This document shows positions 27,488-37,570 of a DNA stretch of 59,566 nt, piece after piece. The translations under genes were made by a program, and so were the position numbers. Below the pieces are notes generated by a model. It did not search any database. It saw only the letters and a program-made list of their open reading frames with translations, and was not told the DNA's origin. Each line of letters begins with the position of its first letter. The first letter of the stretch is position 1. Origin of the DNA: a virus (taxonomy: Duplodnaviria; Caudoviricetes); the IMG/VR virus record IMGVR_UViG_3300015263_001819, positions 1 to 59,566 of that record, one strand, 5' to 3'.

Positions 27488-29230
27488 ATGGGCGTCCTCC
27501 GCGAAATCGTTGCGTCATTCGCTGTCAAGGTCGACGACCAACCGTTGTCGAAGCTCGACAAGCGCATTGAGGCGACCAAGCAGCGATGGCGCAACATGGC
27601 GACCGTCGCCGTAACGGCGCTCGGCGCCGCCACCTTCGCGGCGTACAACTTCGTCGCCGCTGCGTCTCGCGTCGAGGAGAACCTCAACATCCTACGAACG
27701 ACGTTCAAGGGTAACTCCGACGCGATCATCGCGTGGTCGAGGACCTTCGGCAAGGTCGTAGGCCGCTCCGAGTTCGGCTTGCAGGAGTCGGTCTCGAAGT
27801 TGGGGGCGTTGTTGACGACGATGCTGCAAGGCACCGGAGCGCCCATCGACGAGATGTCGAAGAAGTTGTCGGAACTCGTCGTCGACTTGGCTTCGTTCTG
27901 GAACACGACCGAAGGCGAAGCGCTCTTGCGCCTTCAATCAGGTCTCGTCGGCGAGACGGAGGCCGTGCGCCGATACGGTGTAGATATCTCCGACGCGGCG
28001 CTGCGCCAGGAGGCGGAGAAGCTAGGCCTCGGCGGCCAGTACAAGAACATGGACAACTCGCGCAAGGTATTGTTGCGCTATCAAAAGATCCTGAAGGACA
28101 CGGCGCTCGCGCAAGGCGACGCGGCCAAGACGGCCGACTCGTGGGCGAACATGACGCGCCGTGTGTCTGACCAAACCAAAGACCTTGCCGTGCGCATGGG
28201 TCAAAAGCTCATGCCCGCCGCGAAGAGCGTGCTTTACGTCGTCTCGAACCTCATTACGGCGTTTCAAGAGCTACGCCTTTCGATCTCAAACATCTTCGAG
28301 GCCGCGATGATTACTGGCTTGTCGCTTACCGCGGCTAAGTTGGTGTACATGCGCAAGGAGATCTTCCAGGCGGCTAAGAACCTGAAGTTGTTGGTCGACA
28401 TCATGTGGATTTGGGCGGGCGCTCAAAAACTCGCGCTCCTGCGCTTCGGGTTGCTGAGCGCCGCCGCCGCGGCGTTGTACCTTATCGTCGAGGACACGCT
28501 GGGCTTCTTCAAAGGCTACGACTCGGCGCTGGGGATGGCCATCACGACGTTGACCGGCATCGAAGACCCGCTGGCGATGGTGCAGCTCGCATGGGAGAAG
28601 ATCAAGTTCGAGGCCGAAGGCGTCGTCGAGTTGATGCAGCTCATGGTGAAAATCGCACCCGACCTAGCCTTGGCTTTGGTGCCGGGGGCGGGAGCACTCA
28701 CCGATGTCAACAAGCGCATCTTCGACGCAGTACAAGGATACCGAGACCGACGCCAAGTCGCTCAAGAGCAATTCGACATCCAGCACGGCCCGGAGAACGT
28801 CCGTAAGCGCTCGATCGGGCGCATCCGGGAGTTGGCGTTGTCCGACCGTCCCGCAGGCGTACACGACCAAACGACACGCGGTCTAGCCAAGGGTTTCTCT
28901 GACTCTCAGCGTGAACAGCTCTACATCCAGCAGCGCGCGCAAGCCATCCTCACCGGCGAGGCGAACATTTCGCCCAACGACGTCGCGCTCGGTATCGTCC
29001 CGCAGAACATGCTCAACTCGCCGATCGTGACGGGGGCCGCGGCGCTCAACGAGAAAGGCGTGGGCGCGGCCGCTGCGGCGGCCGGCGCGGTCACGAACAA
29101 CGTCACGTTTCAGATGAACTTCAACGGGCCGACGGATCCCGCTGCTGTAAGCACGGCGGTGAAGGACGCGTCAGGCGAAGCAGCGGACGCCTTGGCCCGG
29201 CGGCAAGCCGCGGCAGGGTTGAGGAACTAA
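27488..29230 (+). CDS. Tape measure protein
   Basis: 580 aa helical; DLASFWN, SGLVGETEAVRRYG, AQGDAAKTADSWAN motifs; hydrophobic segments. Confidence 0.93.
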   Translation: MGVLREIVASFAVKVDDQPLSKLDKRIEATKQRWRNMATVAVTALGAATFAAYNFVAAASRVEENLNILRTTFKGNSDAIIAWSRTFGKVVGRSEFGLQESVSKLGALLTTMLQGTGAPIDEMSKKLSELVVDLASFWNTTEGEALLRLQSGLVGETEAVRRYGVDISDAALRQEAEKLGLGGQYKNMDNSRKVLLRYQKILKDTALAQGDAAKTADSWANMTRRVSDQTKDLAVRMGQKLMPAAKSVLYVVSNLITAFQELRLSISNIFEAAMITGLSLTAAKLVYMRKEIFQAAKNLKLLVDIMWIWAGAQKLALLRFGLLSAAAAALYLIVEDTLGFFKGYDSALGMAITTLTGIEDPLAMVQLAWEKIKFEAEGVVELMQLMVKIAPDLALALVPGAGALTDVNKRIFDAVQGYRDRRQVAQEQFDIQHGPENVRKRSIGRIRELALSDRPAGVHDQTTRGLAKGFSDSQREQLYIQQRAQAILTGEANISPNDVALGIVPQNMLNSPIVTGAAALNEKGVGAAAAAAGAVTNNVTFQMNFNGPTDPAAVSTAVKDASGEAADALARRQAAAGLRN

Positions 29231-29232
29231 CC

Positions 29233-30048
29233 ATGGCGATTTTGTTGTGGACCGACCCGGACACGTTCATCCAGCACGGCATCGAGTTCGACGCGACCGT
29301 CACCGAAGAGCTTACGTTTTCGTCGAACGTCACGCGCTCGCCGATCGAGAAGGGCGTCGCCACGACCGACCACGTCGAGCCCGAACCTGACGGGGTGCGG
29401 CTCGAGGGCATGGTGACCAACACGCCGTTGGTAGACCGCACCCCGGGCGCGGGCTTCACGGATGGGGATTTGTACGGACCGATCGTCTCGGCTTTCTTGC
29501 CGGAGACTGTTCAATACTCGACCAAGTACCTGCAAACCGGCGCTCGGGTGCGTCCCAACAACCGAACCGCGGCGCACTTGCCTGGGGTACCGCCTAGGCT
29601 GTTGAGCGGAGGAACGGCGACCGTCACGCCTGCTGTGTGGTCTCGCCGCGAAAACGTACAAACGTTCCAAGTCCTCAAAGCCGTGACGCCGGTTGACCGC
29701 GTGCAGAAGGTGCTTGAGTTCCTGCGCAGCTTGGCTTTCCGCGGCGTGGAGTTCTCGCTCGATACCCGCTACGTCTTCTTCCCGTCGATGTTGATCTCCT
29801 CGGTCGTATGCCCGACAACGAACCAAGACTCGATGACGTTCGCGCTGGACATCATCTCGGCGCAATTCTCCGAGGTCACGACGACTACGATCGCACCGAA
29901 GCGCACGGCCGTCGCTCAAACCCGGCAGCAGCAAAAGGTCTCCGCTGGCGTCGTGCCGGTCGACCCGTTCCACCCGGGCGGTAAGGAAGACAAAGCTCAA
30001 ACCATACTCGACAATAACCTAGGGTGGGCCGCCGAGTTCTTCAGGTAG
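29233..30048 (+). CDS. Baseplate/tube initiator (Dit-like) protein
   Basis: FDATVTE, VTRSPIEKG..TTDH, LEGMVTNTP motifs. Confidence 0.8.
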   Translation: MAILLWTDPDTFIQHGIEFDATVTEELTFSSNVTRSPIEKGVATTDHVEPEPDGVRLEGMVTNTPLVDRTPGAGFTDGDLYGPIVSAFLPETVQYSTKYLQTGARVRPNNRTAAHLPGVPPRLLSGGTATVTPAVWSRRENVQTFQVLKAVTPVDRVQKVLEFLRSLAFRGVEFSLDTRYVFFPSMLISSVVCPTTNQDSMTFALDIISAQFSEVTTTTIAPKRTAVAQTRQQQKVSAGVVPVDPFHPGGKEDKAQTILDNNLGWAAEFFR

Positions 30049-30051
30049 ATC

Positions 30052-30411
30052 ATGCAGCTCATCAAAACACTGAAACGTAAAGCCTTCTTCGACGCCCGCG
30101 CTACGTTGGACGATCGCGAGTATACGCTCCAATTCCAGTGGAATCAGCGAGATGGGTGGTATCTCGGCATGCTCGACGCGAACGGCAACACGTTGTTCTC
30201 GCCGCGTAAGTTGGTGCTGGATTGGGATATCCTTCGCTCGTTGAGGTGGAACGATGCGGTGCCGCAAGGTTCGCTCATCGCGGTCGACTTGGAGAGTTCC
30301 GGAGTCAAGCCTGGGTATCTGGAGCTAGCCACGTCGTTGAGCAGTGACGATGGGCGCGTGCTCGTCGTGTACTTCACCGAGGCCGAGCGCCTTGCTAGTT
30401 TGGGGGCGTAG
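30052..30411 (+). CDS. Small baseplate protein
   Basis: TLD.REY.L.F.WN.RD.WY motif; synteny. Confidence 0.75.
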   Translation: MQLIKTLKRKAFFDARATLDDREYTLQFQWNQRDGWYLGMLDANGNTLFSPRKLVLDWDILRSLRWNDAVPQGSLIAVDLESSGVKPGYLELATSLSSDDGRVLVVYFTEAERLASLGA

Positions 30412-31296
30412 GTGGCTAGGTTCTTCGGGCGGAAGTGGGCGCTCACCCTCGGCACGTCGTCGACCACGGCGCTCCGCACGGAGGGGCTCTACCTCGACTT
30501 CCAGATCGAGAAGTCGCTCGCTCAAGAGCCGAACAAAGCCGCCATCACCGTCTACAACCTCTCCGCCGAGCATCGCAAGGCCGTCGAAGACCTCAGCACC
30601 TACGACCCGCTAGTCAAGGCCAAGACACGCCCGAATGCCAACGCGCACAAAGTGCCGAAGACCGGCAAGATCCGCGTCGAGCTGGAAGCCGGCTACGAGG
30701 ACTTTTCGGGCGTCATCTTCCGCGGAGATTTGCGATGGGCGCGCTCCACGTTCTCGGGCGGGACGTGGGCTACCGAAATCGAAGGCGAAGACGGCGGGCG
30801 AACGTACCTTGCCTCGCGCATCTCTCAAGCCTTCCCCGCCGGCACGACCGCGTACAACGTCGTCACGGCGTGTGCCGATGCGATGGGCCTCGGGCGCGGC
30901 AACCTAGCCAACGTTGCCGACAAGCTCGCGTGGGCGTACTCGCACGGCACGGTGGCTTCGGGGTGGGCCGCCGAGGAGCTAGCGGGCGTGATCCGCCGTT
31001 CGGGGCTCCGCTACTCAATCCAAAACGGCGCGCTGTTCTTCGAGAACATAGCCTTGCGCACGGAGCTACCGGCACTCGTCATCGCGCCCGATTCGGGGCT
31101 CGTCGGCTATCCGGCTAAAGACGCAAATGGGCTCGTGACGTTCACGTCGCTGCTACATCCCGACTTAGCTCCAGGCGCGTACGTGGCGCTCCAAAGCTCG
31201 CACATCTCGGGCAACCTCAAGATCTACCGAGTGACCTACTCCGGGTCGGTCGACAAGTCCGAGTGGTACGCTAAGTGCGAATGCTTGCCGGGGTAA
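30412..31296 (+). CDS. Baseplate hub protein
   Basis: FQIEKS..EPN.A.I.VYNL, LEAGY, IFRG, SIQNG, SGLVGYP. Confidence 0.85.
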   Translation: MARFFGRKWALTLGTSSTTALRTEGLYLDFQIEKSLAQEPNKAAITVYNLSAEHRKAVEDLSTYDPLVKAKTRPNANAHKVPKTGKIRVELEAGYEDFSGVIFRGDLRWARSTFSGGTWATEIEGEDGGRTYLASRISQAFPAGTTAYNVVTACADAMGLGRGNLANVADKLAWAYSHGTVASGWAAEELAGVIRRSGLRYSIQNGALFFENIALRTELPALVIAPDSGLVGYPAKDANGLVTFTSLLHPDLAPGAYVALQSSHISGNLKIYRVTYSGSVDKSEWYAKCECLPG

Positions 31297-31297
31297 G

Positions 31298-31942
31298 ATG
31301 CTGAACGTCGGGACACCTACTTGGGAAGAACTCTTCCGCTCCGCCATCGCCGAGGCGCGGTCGGGCGTGGGCGTGGCATTGCCGGGTAACGTCGTGGCGT
31401 ACGCGGATGGCTTCGCGGACATCCGCCCCGGCGTGCGCCGGCTGGCGCCGTCGGAGACGGCTTTCGAGCCCGACTACCCGGAAGAGATCCCCGTCATCCC
31501 ATCGGTGCCTGTGATTTGGCCGCGGGGGCGAAACTTCCGCATCGTCGGCGAACTCGGCGTAGGCGATCCGGTGCTACTCGTGTGCGCCGACTACGACATC
31601 TCGGGGTGGCTTCGCTCGGGGAAGCTATCCGACCCCGAGGACGCTCGAGAGCACTCGTGGGGGCACGGAGCGGTATGCATCCCCGGGCTCATCCCCGACG
31701 TCGGGTGGTCGGCCTCGGCGCCCGCCGACGCGGCGGCGCTCGCCTCGGTGGTGGACGCGTTCGGTAACCAAATCGCCGGACTCACCCCGCCAACCAACCC
31801 GGCAGAGACACAAGCCGCGGTGGCGTTCATCATCGCAGCGTTCAACCTTGCCATGAACGGCGTATCGTTCCCCTCAGGCTTGCCGTCGCCTTCGCCGACT
31901 GCCGGCACTTGCGCTTCCGACACCCTACTCACGGACTCGTAG
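31298..31942 (+). CDS. Baseplate spike protein (gp138-like N-terminus)
   Basis: ALPG.VV.Y, VPV.WP, GD.VLLV, R.H.....CIPG. Confidence 0.8.
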   Translation: MLNVGTPTWEELFRSAIAEARSGVGVALPGNVVAYADGFADIRPGVRRLAPSETAFEPDYPEEIPVIPSVPVIWPRGRNFRIVGELGVGDPVLLVCADYDISGWLRSGKLSDPEDAREHSWGHGAVCIPGLIPDVGWSASAPADAAALASVVDAFGNQIAGLTPPTNPAETQAAVAFIIAAFNLAMNGVSFPSGLPSPSPTAGTCASDTLLTDS

Positions 31943-31950
31943 GACGACCT

Positions 31951-32352
31951 ATGGAACTCGCAATCACCACCGTCACCGACTACCTAAACCCGACGCTCGG
32001 AGACTTGCGTCTCGGCGAGGACCACCAAGAAGTCGTCTTGACCGAGCTAGCGGACGAGGCCCAGCAACGCCTCACGATCTCGCTACGCCTCTTCAAAGGC
32101 GAGTGGGGGCTCAACCTCGATGCGGGCATGCCGTGGTTCCAATCCATCCTCGTACGGAGCCCGAGTCTCGCGCTCATCCGCGCGATCTTGACTTCGGCGA
32201 TCGTGAAGGTGGAAGGGATCGCGTCGGTCGAGTACATGGACCTCGACTTCAACAAAGCGACCCGCACGCTAGCCGTCGACTTCCGTGCGCGGCTCGAAGA
32301 CGGCTCGACCTACTCGACGAGCGAGTACGGGCCGTTCGTCTTGCCGTTCTAG
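31951..32352 (+). CDS. Baseplate wedge/sheath initiator
   Basis: QRL...L..FKGEW.LN..AGMPW motif. Confidence 0.8.
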   Translation: MELAITTVTDYLNPTLGDLRLGEDHQEVVLTELADEAQQRLTISLRLFKGEWGLNLDAGMPWFQSILVRSPSLALIRAILTSAIVKVEGIASVEYMDLDFNKATRTLAVDFRARLEDGSTYSTSEYGPFVLPF

Positions 32353-32609
32353 GCCCACGAGATAAACCACTGGACGCCCAAATCGTCGTTTCCGGCAACG
32401 TAATAACCCTCGCTGCGCAAGCGATCCGCGGCCAACGACGTCAAGACGGTGACGACTAGGTCCGTCCTTTCGTATCGGGCGGCCATGCGGATCTTGCGGT
32501 AGATGTCGTCCAGCTCATCCTCCAGCCCGGCTTGCTCTCTTGCAAGGCGTTGAACGCCGGCAGCAGCGGCGATTTCACGAGCTTCGCTCGGTGCGATGCG
32601 GTTCGTCAT
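32349..32609 (-). CDS. Small hypothetical protein
   Basis: SD gaggaa; paralog of 32620-32913. Confidence 0.65.
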   Translation of the reverse strand: MTNRIAPSEAREIAAAAGVQRLAREQAGLEDELDDIYRKIRMAARYERTDLVVTVLTSLAADRLRSEGYYVAGNDDLGVQWFISWA

Positions 32610-32619
32610 CGTCGGTTCC

Positions 32620-32913
32620 TCACCAACAGAAAAGGTAATAACCGTCGTTCGATTCGTACCAATTCACACTGAAGCCGTTCTCGCACAAGATCCGGTAGGC
32701 TTCATCCGAGCACGTCAAGCCGATTTGGCTGCCGTTGGCGCTCGCCACGGCGCGGACGGCCGAGTAGATGCGAGCCAGCTCTTTCTCCAACCCCGGCTCT
32801 TCTTCGTCGGCCAAACGCGTTAGGCGCTGGGCTTCTTTACTTGTCATGGTGTTTCTTGCTGCTCGGTTCATGCTCTCTGCCTTGTACAGCAGTTTGTCGT
32901 TTCGGGTCGTCAT
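32620..32913 (-). CDS. Small hypothetical protein
   Basis: Shared GLE.EL..IY..(I/V)R motif. Confidence 0.65.
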   Translation of the reverse strand: MTTRNDKLLYKAESMNRAARNTMTSKEAQRLTRLADEEEPGLEKELARIYSAVRAVASANGSQIGLTCSDEAYRILCENGFSVNWYESNDGYYLFCW

Positions 32914-33140
32914 CGTCGGTTCCTTTCAGAAAGTTGTCCGAGGAGTTCGCAATACCGGTCCTCGAGCCGGTCGATTTCGCGGAGGATGGCCTCGAGTTCC
33001 GCCTTCTCGGGGGCGGGCGGAGGAGGAGAGAACACCCACCCTGCGCCATTACAGCGCCAGCAAACCTCGAAAAGGTACACGGTGGTGAAATCGATCGCCG
33101 GTATGCATGCAGAGCCTCCACAAATCGGGCACGGCTTCAT
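32910..33140 (-). CDS. Small zinc-finger protein
   Basis: CPICGG and CWRCNGAG; ATGA coupling. Confidence 0.6.
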   Translation of the reverse strand: MKPCPICGGSACIPAIDFTTVYLFEVCWRCNGAGWVFSPPPPAPEKAELEAILREIDRLEDRYCELLGQLSERNRR

Positions 33141-33652
33141 CGGAATGCCTCCGCGACGGCGTCGTCGACGAGCATCGCCACTCGAATTTGGGAGTCGTAC
33201 GGACGGATGCGGATGTCATCCCCGAAGAGTGCGGCGGACTCGAGGACCTCGAGCGGGGAGTCGCACGCGGCCGTTTTCAAGAAGGCGGTGACCCATCGCG
33301 CGCCGGCGGGAGCCGGAGGGTCGATCATCGCGCCGCGAAACATCACCAACGTCTCGGTCGTGTTGTGCTCGATCCACACCTTCGCTGCGAGGTCGGCGCC
33401 GCCGCGGGCGTAGACGTGCTCTTCGGTGTACGGCGTAAAGCCGGCGTACACGTCGTGGTCCTCCGCGACCACGATCGCCTCCCCGTCCAACTTCACGGGG
33501 TAGCGATACGCGTCGTCCCGCGAGTCGTCGAACGTCGTGCACACCTCGACGCCGGCTTCGAGCAACTTCCGGATACCGTCGACGTACGACGGGATGCGCG
33601 TCCATCCGTGCAGTGGCCCGACCCACGGCGCCGTCTTCGTTTCCTCGGTCAT
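33137..33652 (-). CDS. Hypothetical protein
   Basis: SD aggagg. Confidence 0.7.
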   Translation of the reverse strand: MTEETKTAPWVGPLHGWTRIPSYVDGIRKLLEAGVEVCTTFDDSRDDAYRYPVKLDGEAIVVAEDHDVYAGFTPYTEEHVYARGGADLAAKVWIEHNTTETLVMFRGAMIDPPAPAGARWVTAFLKTAACDSPLEVLESAALFGDDIRIRPYDSQIRVAMLVDDAVAEAFR

Positions 33653-33673
33653 GTCTTCCTCCTAGTCGCTACC

Positions 33674-34093
33674 CTAGCCGACCTCGACGTTCGCGTCCAT
33701 CTTTTTCGGCCCGAGCCGCTCGCCGAGCCATCGATTCGCTTCGTCGGCGGCGATGAGCCCCCCGCGGCGCCCCCGCGGCGCGACCGCGTAACGGAGAGCC
33801 CCGCGCGAGAGGGCCTTCCAAATCGCTGCCCTGGACGCCCCCGAGGCGTCGGCGAGCTGGGCGACGGTGAGGAGATCGCCCTCGCGTACGGCGGCCCGCA
33901 CCGCGGCGCGTAGGCGGTTCGCCGCCGCTACGCTCGGGCGCGTGCCTCGGCCTCCGAAACGCCCGAGCGCGAGGTTCGCCCGCGAGGCGGGGTTCTCTCC
34001 GGGGGCGTGCGGCGTGCCGTATGCGACGAGGGGTGCGACCGCCCGCTCGGCGAAGATTTCCAGAACACCTTCGTGCAGATCCGTAAAAGCCAC
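33674..34093 (-). CDS. Helix-turn-helix DNA-binding protein (excisionase-like HTH)
   Basis: LLTVAQLADASGASRAAIWKALSRGAL. Confidence 0.65.
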   Translation of the reverse strand: MAFTDLHEGVLEIFAERAVAPLVAYGTPHAPGENPASRANLALGRFGGRGTRPSVAAANRLRAAVRAAVREGDLLTVAQLADASGASRAAIWKALSRGALRYAVAPRGRRGGLIAADEANRWLGERLGPKKMDANVEVG

Positions 34094-34157
34094 GGGCCTA
34101 CCCTAGCGCGCGGGGCGCGGGGCGTCCACCCCGGAAATCGGGTGCTAGAATGACCCC

Positions 34158-35327
34158 ATGGCCGGGCTAAGCGCTACTGGATTCGACGCCAAAGCACTCG
34201 ACGATATCCAGAGCGAAATCGTTGACTTTCTTCACTCGGAGATCGATCCGACGCTGAACCTCACCGAGACGTCGATCCTCGGCCAGGCCATCGGCGCCTT
34301 CGCCACACAGCTCCGAGCCGGGTGGGAGGCCATCGCCGCGACGTACGTTTCGCGAGACCCGTCCCAAGCCGAGGACGACGCGCTCGAGGCGATCTCCGAG
34401 ATCACCGGCACGATTCGCGCGGCGGCGACCTACTCGACGATGACCGTGACGTGCACGCTCGCGGCGGGGTCGTACGCGGCGGGGGATTTGATCGTCTACC
34501 TACCCGGCTCGCCGGACGAGACCTTCACCAACGACGCGGCCATCACCACCGCCGGGCCTACCGAGGACCTCGCCTTCACCGCGACCGTGACCGGCCCCAT
34601 CCAAGTCCCGGCCGCCACCACGCTCGCGCTTTCGAGCCCACCCTCGGGTTTCACCGCCGCGGTCTCGGTCGGCGCCGCCGCGCCGGGCTCTGACGTCGAG
34701 ACCATCCCCGAGCTGCGCATCCGCCGCGAACGCGAGCTTCGGCGCCAAGGCTCGACCTCGACCGATGCCGTCCGCGTAGACGTCGACGACGTCGCGGCGA
34801 CGACCTACGTCACGGTCTACGAGAACGACACCGACGCGACGAACGGCGACGGGATGCCGCCGCACTCCATCGAGGTCGTTGTAGTGGGCGGCGACGACGA
34901 CGAGATCGCCACGGCCATCCTCGCTTCGAAAGCCGCTGGCATCCAAGCCCACGGCTCGACGACCGTCACGGCCTACGACGATGTCGGCAACGCGCACACG
35001 ATCAAATTCTCGCGCCCGACTTCGAAAACGATCTACATCCACCTCGACATCACCGCGAAGACCGGGACGTATCTCGGGGACTCGGCCGTACAGGACGCTA
35101 TCACGGAGTGGACCGACGTCAACCTATCCGTAGGCATCGACGTCTTGAAGGCGCGCATCGAAAGCTTGGCCATGTCGGTAGACGGCGTCATCAATGTGCT
35201 CGCGGCCATCGACGACTCTTACCCCGCCGCGGTGAACGACGACTTCGTCATCGGCGGGCGCGAGCGGGCGATCGTCACCACGGCCAACATCGAGATCTCC
35301 ACGACCTACGTGAACGGAGCGCCGTAA
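34158..35327 (+). CDS. Baseplate J/gp47-like protein
   Basis: GL..TGF, G.DVET..ELRIRR, VYENDT...GMPPHSIEVVV.GG, KAAGI, FSRP. Confidence 0.92.
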   Translation: MAGLSATGFDAKALDDIQSEIVDFLHSEIDPTLNLTETSILGQAIGAFATQLRAGWEAIAATYVSRDPSQAEDDALEAISEITGTIRAAATYSTMTVTCTLAAGSYAAGDLIVYLPGSPDETFTNDAAITTAGPTEDLAFTATVTGPIQVPAATTLALSSPPSGFTAAVSVGAAAPGSDVETIPELRIRRERELRRQGSTSTDAVRVDVDDVAATTYVTVYENDTDATNGDGMPPHSIEVVVVGGDDDEIATAILASKAAGIQAHGSTTVTAYDDVGNAHTIKFSRPTSKTIYIHLDITAKTGTYLGDSAVQDAITEWTDVNLSVGIDVLKARIESLAMSVDGVINVLAAIDDSYPAAVNDDFVIGGRERAIVTTANIEISTTYVNGAP

Positions 35328-36580
35328 TGCCTATGCCGACCATCACCGCGGTCTCGCCGGCGGATACCGGAACGTTGGCGAAGCAGGACTTCATCATCGT
35401 CGACATCACCGACGCGGACATGGTCTATCACGTGGTCGCGGTGCGCTTCCCCGAGTACGGCGTGACCGAGGTCGCCTACCACGCCGGGTCGGTCGCTCTC
35501 TCGACGCCGTACGAAGTCTACCGGCACGCGATCGCCAACGGCTACCGCTACCGCATCCGGCGCCGCGGCGGATGGCTCGCGGGTATGGGCCCGCCGGAAG
35601 TCTACGCGACGTCGGCGGACAACCTCTCAGTGACTCTCACGGCGCCGAACGGCGGCGGCTCGTACATCGCTGGCGACTCGATCTCCGTGACGTGGACGTC
35701 GGTCGGGACGTTCTCCTCGTTCGACTTGGAGTACTCGACCAACAACGGATCGTCATGGACGTCGATCGCTACGGGCGTTACCTCGCCGTACGCGTGGACC
35801 GCGCCCTCGACGGTCTCGTCGCAATACCTCGTGCGCGTGACCGGAAACGGCGCGACGACGGTCACCGACACGTCGGATGCGACCTTCTCAGTGGCTCTCC
35901 AATCCGCATGGACCGGCTCGTCGTTCATGGAGGCGAACGCGGCCTGCATCTCGGCGCTGTACTCCGACGACGCCGTCGATTCGGGTTCTAGTCCGTACAC
36001 GTTGACGTCGCTTCCTGACACGGACACGACGTACGGTGTCTCGGCGTGGTCTAGCCCATCGGGGTTGAAGCGAGCGAATTGGCCGAACCCACAACTCACA
36101 TACAACACCGGCTATGCCACGCGCTCGGTCAACGATGTACTCGGTCTCCATACGCTGCTCAACGGTGGCGCCGGAACGAACCCCGAAGGCGGCGGTTCGA
36201 CGTATGTGCTCACGTACTTCTTCTACGCCAAGACGATCACGTACGGCTTCAACGGGCCTTCGTCTCGCCGCCACTACGTCAGCATCGACGCCACGAACGT
36301 TACGTGGTACTACGGCACGGCCAGCTCGATCACGCTCGCCCACGGTCTCGATACATCGAGCTTCCGGCATTGGACGGTGTATTGCGACGGCTCCTCATCG
36401 GGATCGTCGCACATCATGACCGTCTACGCCGACAACGTTTTGGTAGGCTCGGACTCGGGCTCGAACTTCTCCTCATCCGGCGGGCCGTGGACGATGTTCG
36501 CTGCGTCGGGGAACTGGCTAGCCGCGGGGTGCTTCGCCAACTCGCTCTCGTCCACCAACCGCGCTAATTTCCAGTCGTAA
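35327..36580 (+). CDS. Baseplate/fibre-associated protein with Ig-like domain
   Basis: TAPNGG..Y..G..I.VTW, LEYSTNNGSSW, DTSDATF; beta-rich C-terminus. Confidence 0.75.
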   Translation: MPMPTITAVSPADTGTLAKQDFIIVDITDADMVYHVVAVRFPEYGVTEVAYHAGSVALSTPYEVYRHAIANGYRYRIRRRGGWLAGMGPPEVYATSADNLSVTLTAPNGGGSYIAGDSISVTWTSVGTFSSFDLEYSTNNGSSWTSIATGVTSPYAWTAPSTVSSQYLVRVTGNGATTVTDTSDATFSVALQSAWTGSSFMEANAACISALYSDDAVDSGSSPYTLTSLPDTDTTYGVSAWSSPSGLKRANWPNPQLTYNTGYATRSVNDVLGLHTLLNGGAGTNPEGGGSTYVLTYFFYAKTITYGFNGPSSRRHYVSIDATNVTWYYGTASSITLAHGLDTSSFRHWTVYCDGSSSGSSHIMTVYADNVLVGSDSGSNFSSSGGPWTMFAASGNWLAAGCFANSLSSTNRANFQS

Positions 36581-36586
36581 CCGACC

Positions 36587-36913
36587 ATGGCCACCTTCAC
36601 GCTCATCTCCCCCTCCGAATCAAAAGGCGTCGCCCGCGCCGGGGCGATCACGTTCGAGTTCACCGATGCGGACTTGGCGTACTACGCGGTCTTCGCCGCC
36701 TACGACGACGGCTATGCGGAACTCGTCTACGACTCGGAGTCGGGGGCCTTCTATCCGTTCTCGGCGACGTCGACGCCCATTACCGACGGCTACCGCTTGG
36801 CGGTGACGCGGCGGGGCGGGTGGCGGACGTCGCCGACGGTACGTGTCGTGACGGCCGACTCGACCGGCGTGTCGAGCGAAGGATCGTGGCGTTTGGAGTT
36901 GCTCAATGCCTAG
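36587..36913 (+). CDS. Structural protein paralogous to N-terminus of 35327-36580
   Basis: TDAD..Y, E.(V/A)Y, GYR....RRGGW shared. Confidence 0.75.
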   Translation: MATFTLISPSESKGVARAGAITFEFTDADLAYYAVFAAYDDGYAELVYDSESGAFYPFSATSTPITDGYRLAVTRRGGWRTSPTVRVVTADSTGVSSEGSWRLELLNA

Positions 36914-37544
36914 CTACGTCATCGAATCGCCGACCGCGGCGGAGGCCACTACACCCGAAGACTTCGGCGGGACGTACGAACTAGAGACCGACCACGCAGG
37001 CAAGCTCATCGAGCAACTCACGTCGTTCTTTCGGGACGGCCCGCGCAACCAAGCGCTCATGCGCGCGCTCGGCGCCCAAGTCCAGGAACTTGAACAAGCG
37101 ACGTGGGACGTCTTCAACGCGTTCGACCTCGACACAGCCACCGGTCACCGGCTCGACTTGCTCGGCAAGATCGTCGGCGAGGGGCGCTCGGATCGCTCCG
37201 ACACCGACTACCGCGCCGCCATCCGCGTCCGAGCGCTCATCAACCGGTCGAACGGCAAGCTGCCGGAGTTGCTCACCATCGCGGGGCTTTTGGCCTCCGC
37301 CGCGACGATTCACGCCCGGGAGACCTATCCGGCGACGATTTCGATTGACTTCGACGATCACGGCGCAGTGAAATGGGCGCTAATCGTTCGGCTATTGACC
37401 CAAGCGAAGGGCGGCGGCATCCGTCTCCTAGCGACGACAGGCTACGGCGAGTTCGCGGTGGGCTCGGAGGACGGCACGCCGGCGGGCGGCGTCATCGGCT
37501 CGGAGGACGGCACGCCGGCGGGGTTTTTGGTCGGGGCGGCCTAG
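36906..37544 (+). CDS. Baseplate wedge protein (DUF2612/gpI-like)
   Basis: DLDTATG..LDLLGKIVG..R...D..YR motif; GSEDGTPAG duplicated near the end. Confidence 0.82.
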   Translation: MPSYVIESPTAAEATTPEDFGGTYELETDHAGKLIEQLTSFFRDGPRNQALMRALGAQVQELEQATWDVFNAFDLDTATGHRLDLLGKIVGEGRSDRSDTDYRAAIRVRALINRSNGKLPELLTIAGLLASAATIHARETYPATISIDFDDHGAVKWALIVRLLTQAKGGGIRLLATTGYGEFAVGSEDGTPAGGVIGSEDGTPAGFLVGAA

Positions 37545-37570
37545 CAGCGGCGAGATGCTAGAATGTGGCC

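Noticed and set aside
37461-37522. 26-bp direct repeat as a DGR or invertible site
   Set aside because: In-frame GSEDGTPAG duplication; no RT or invertase nearby.
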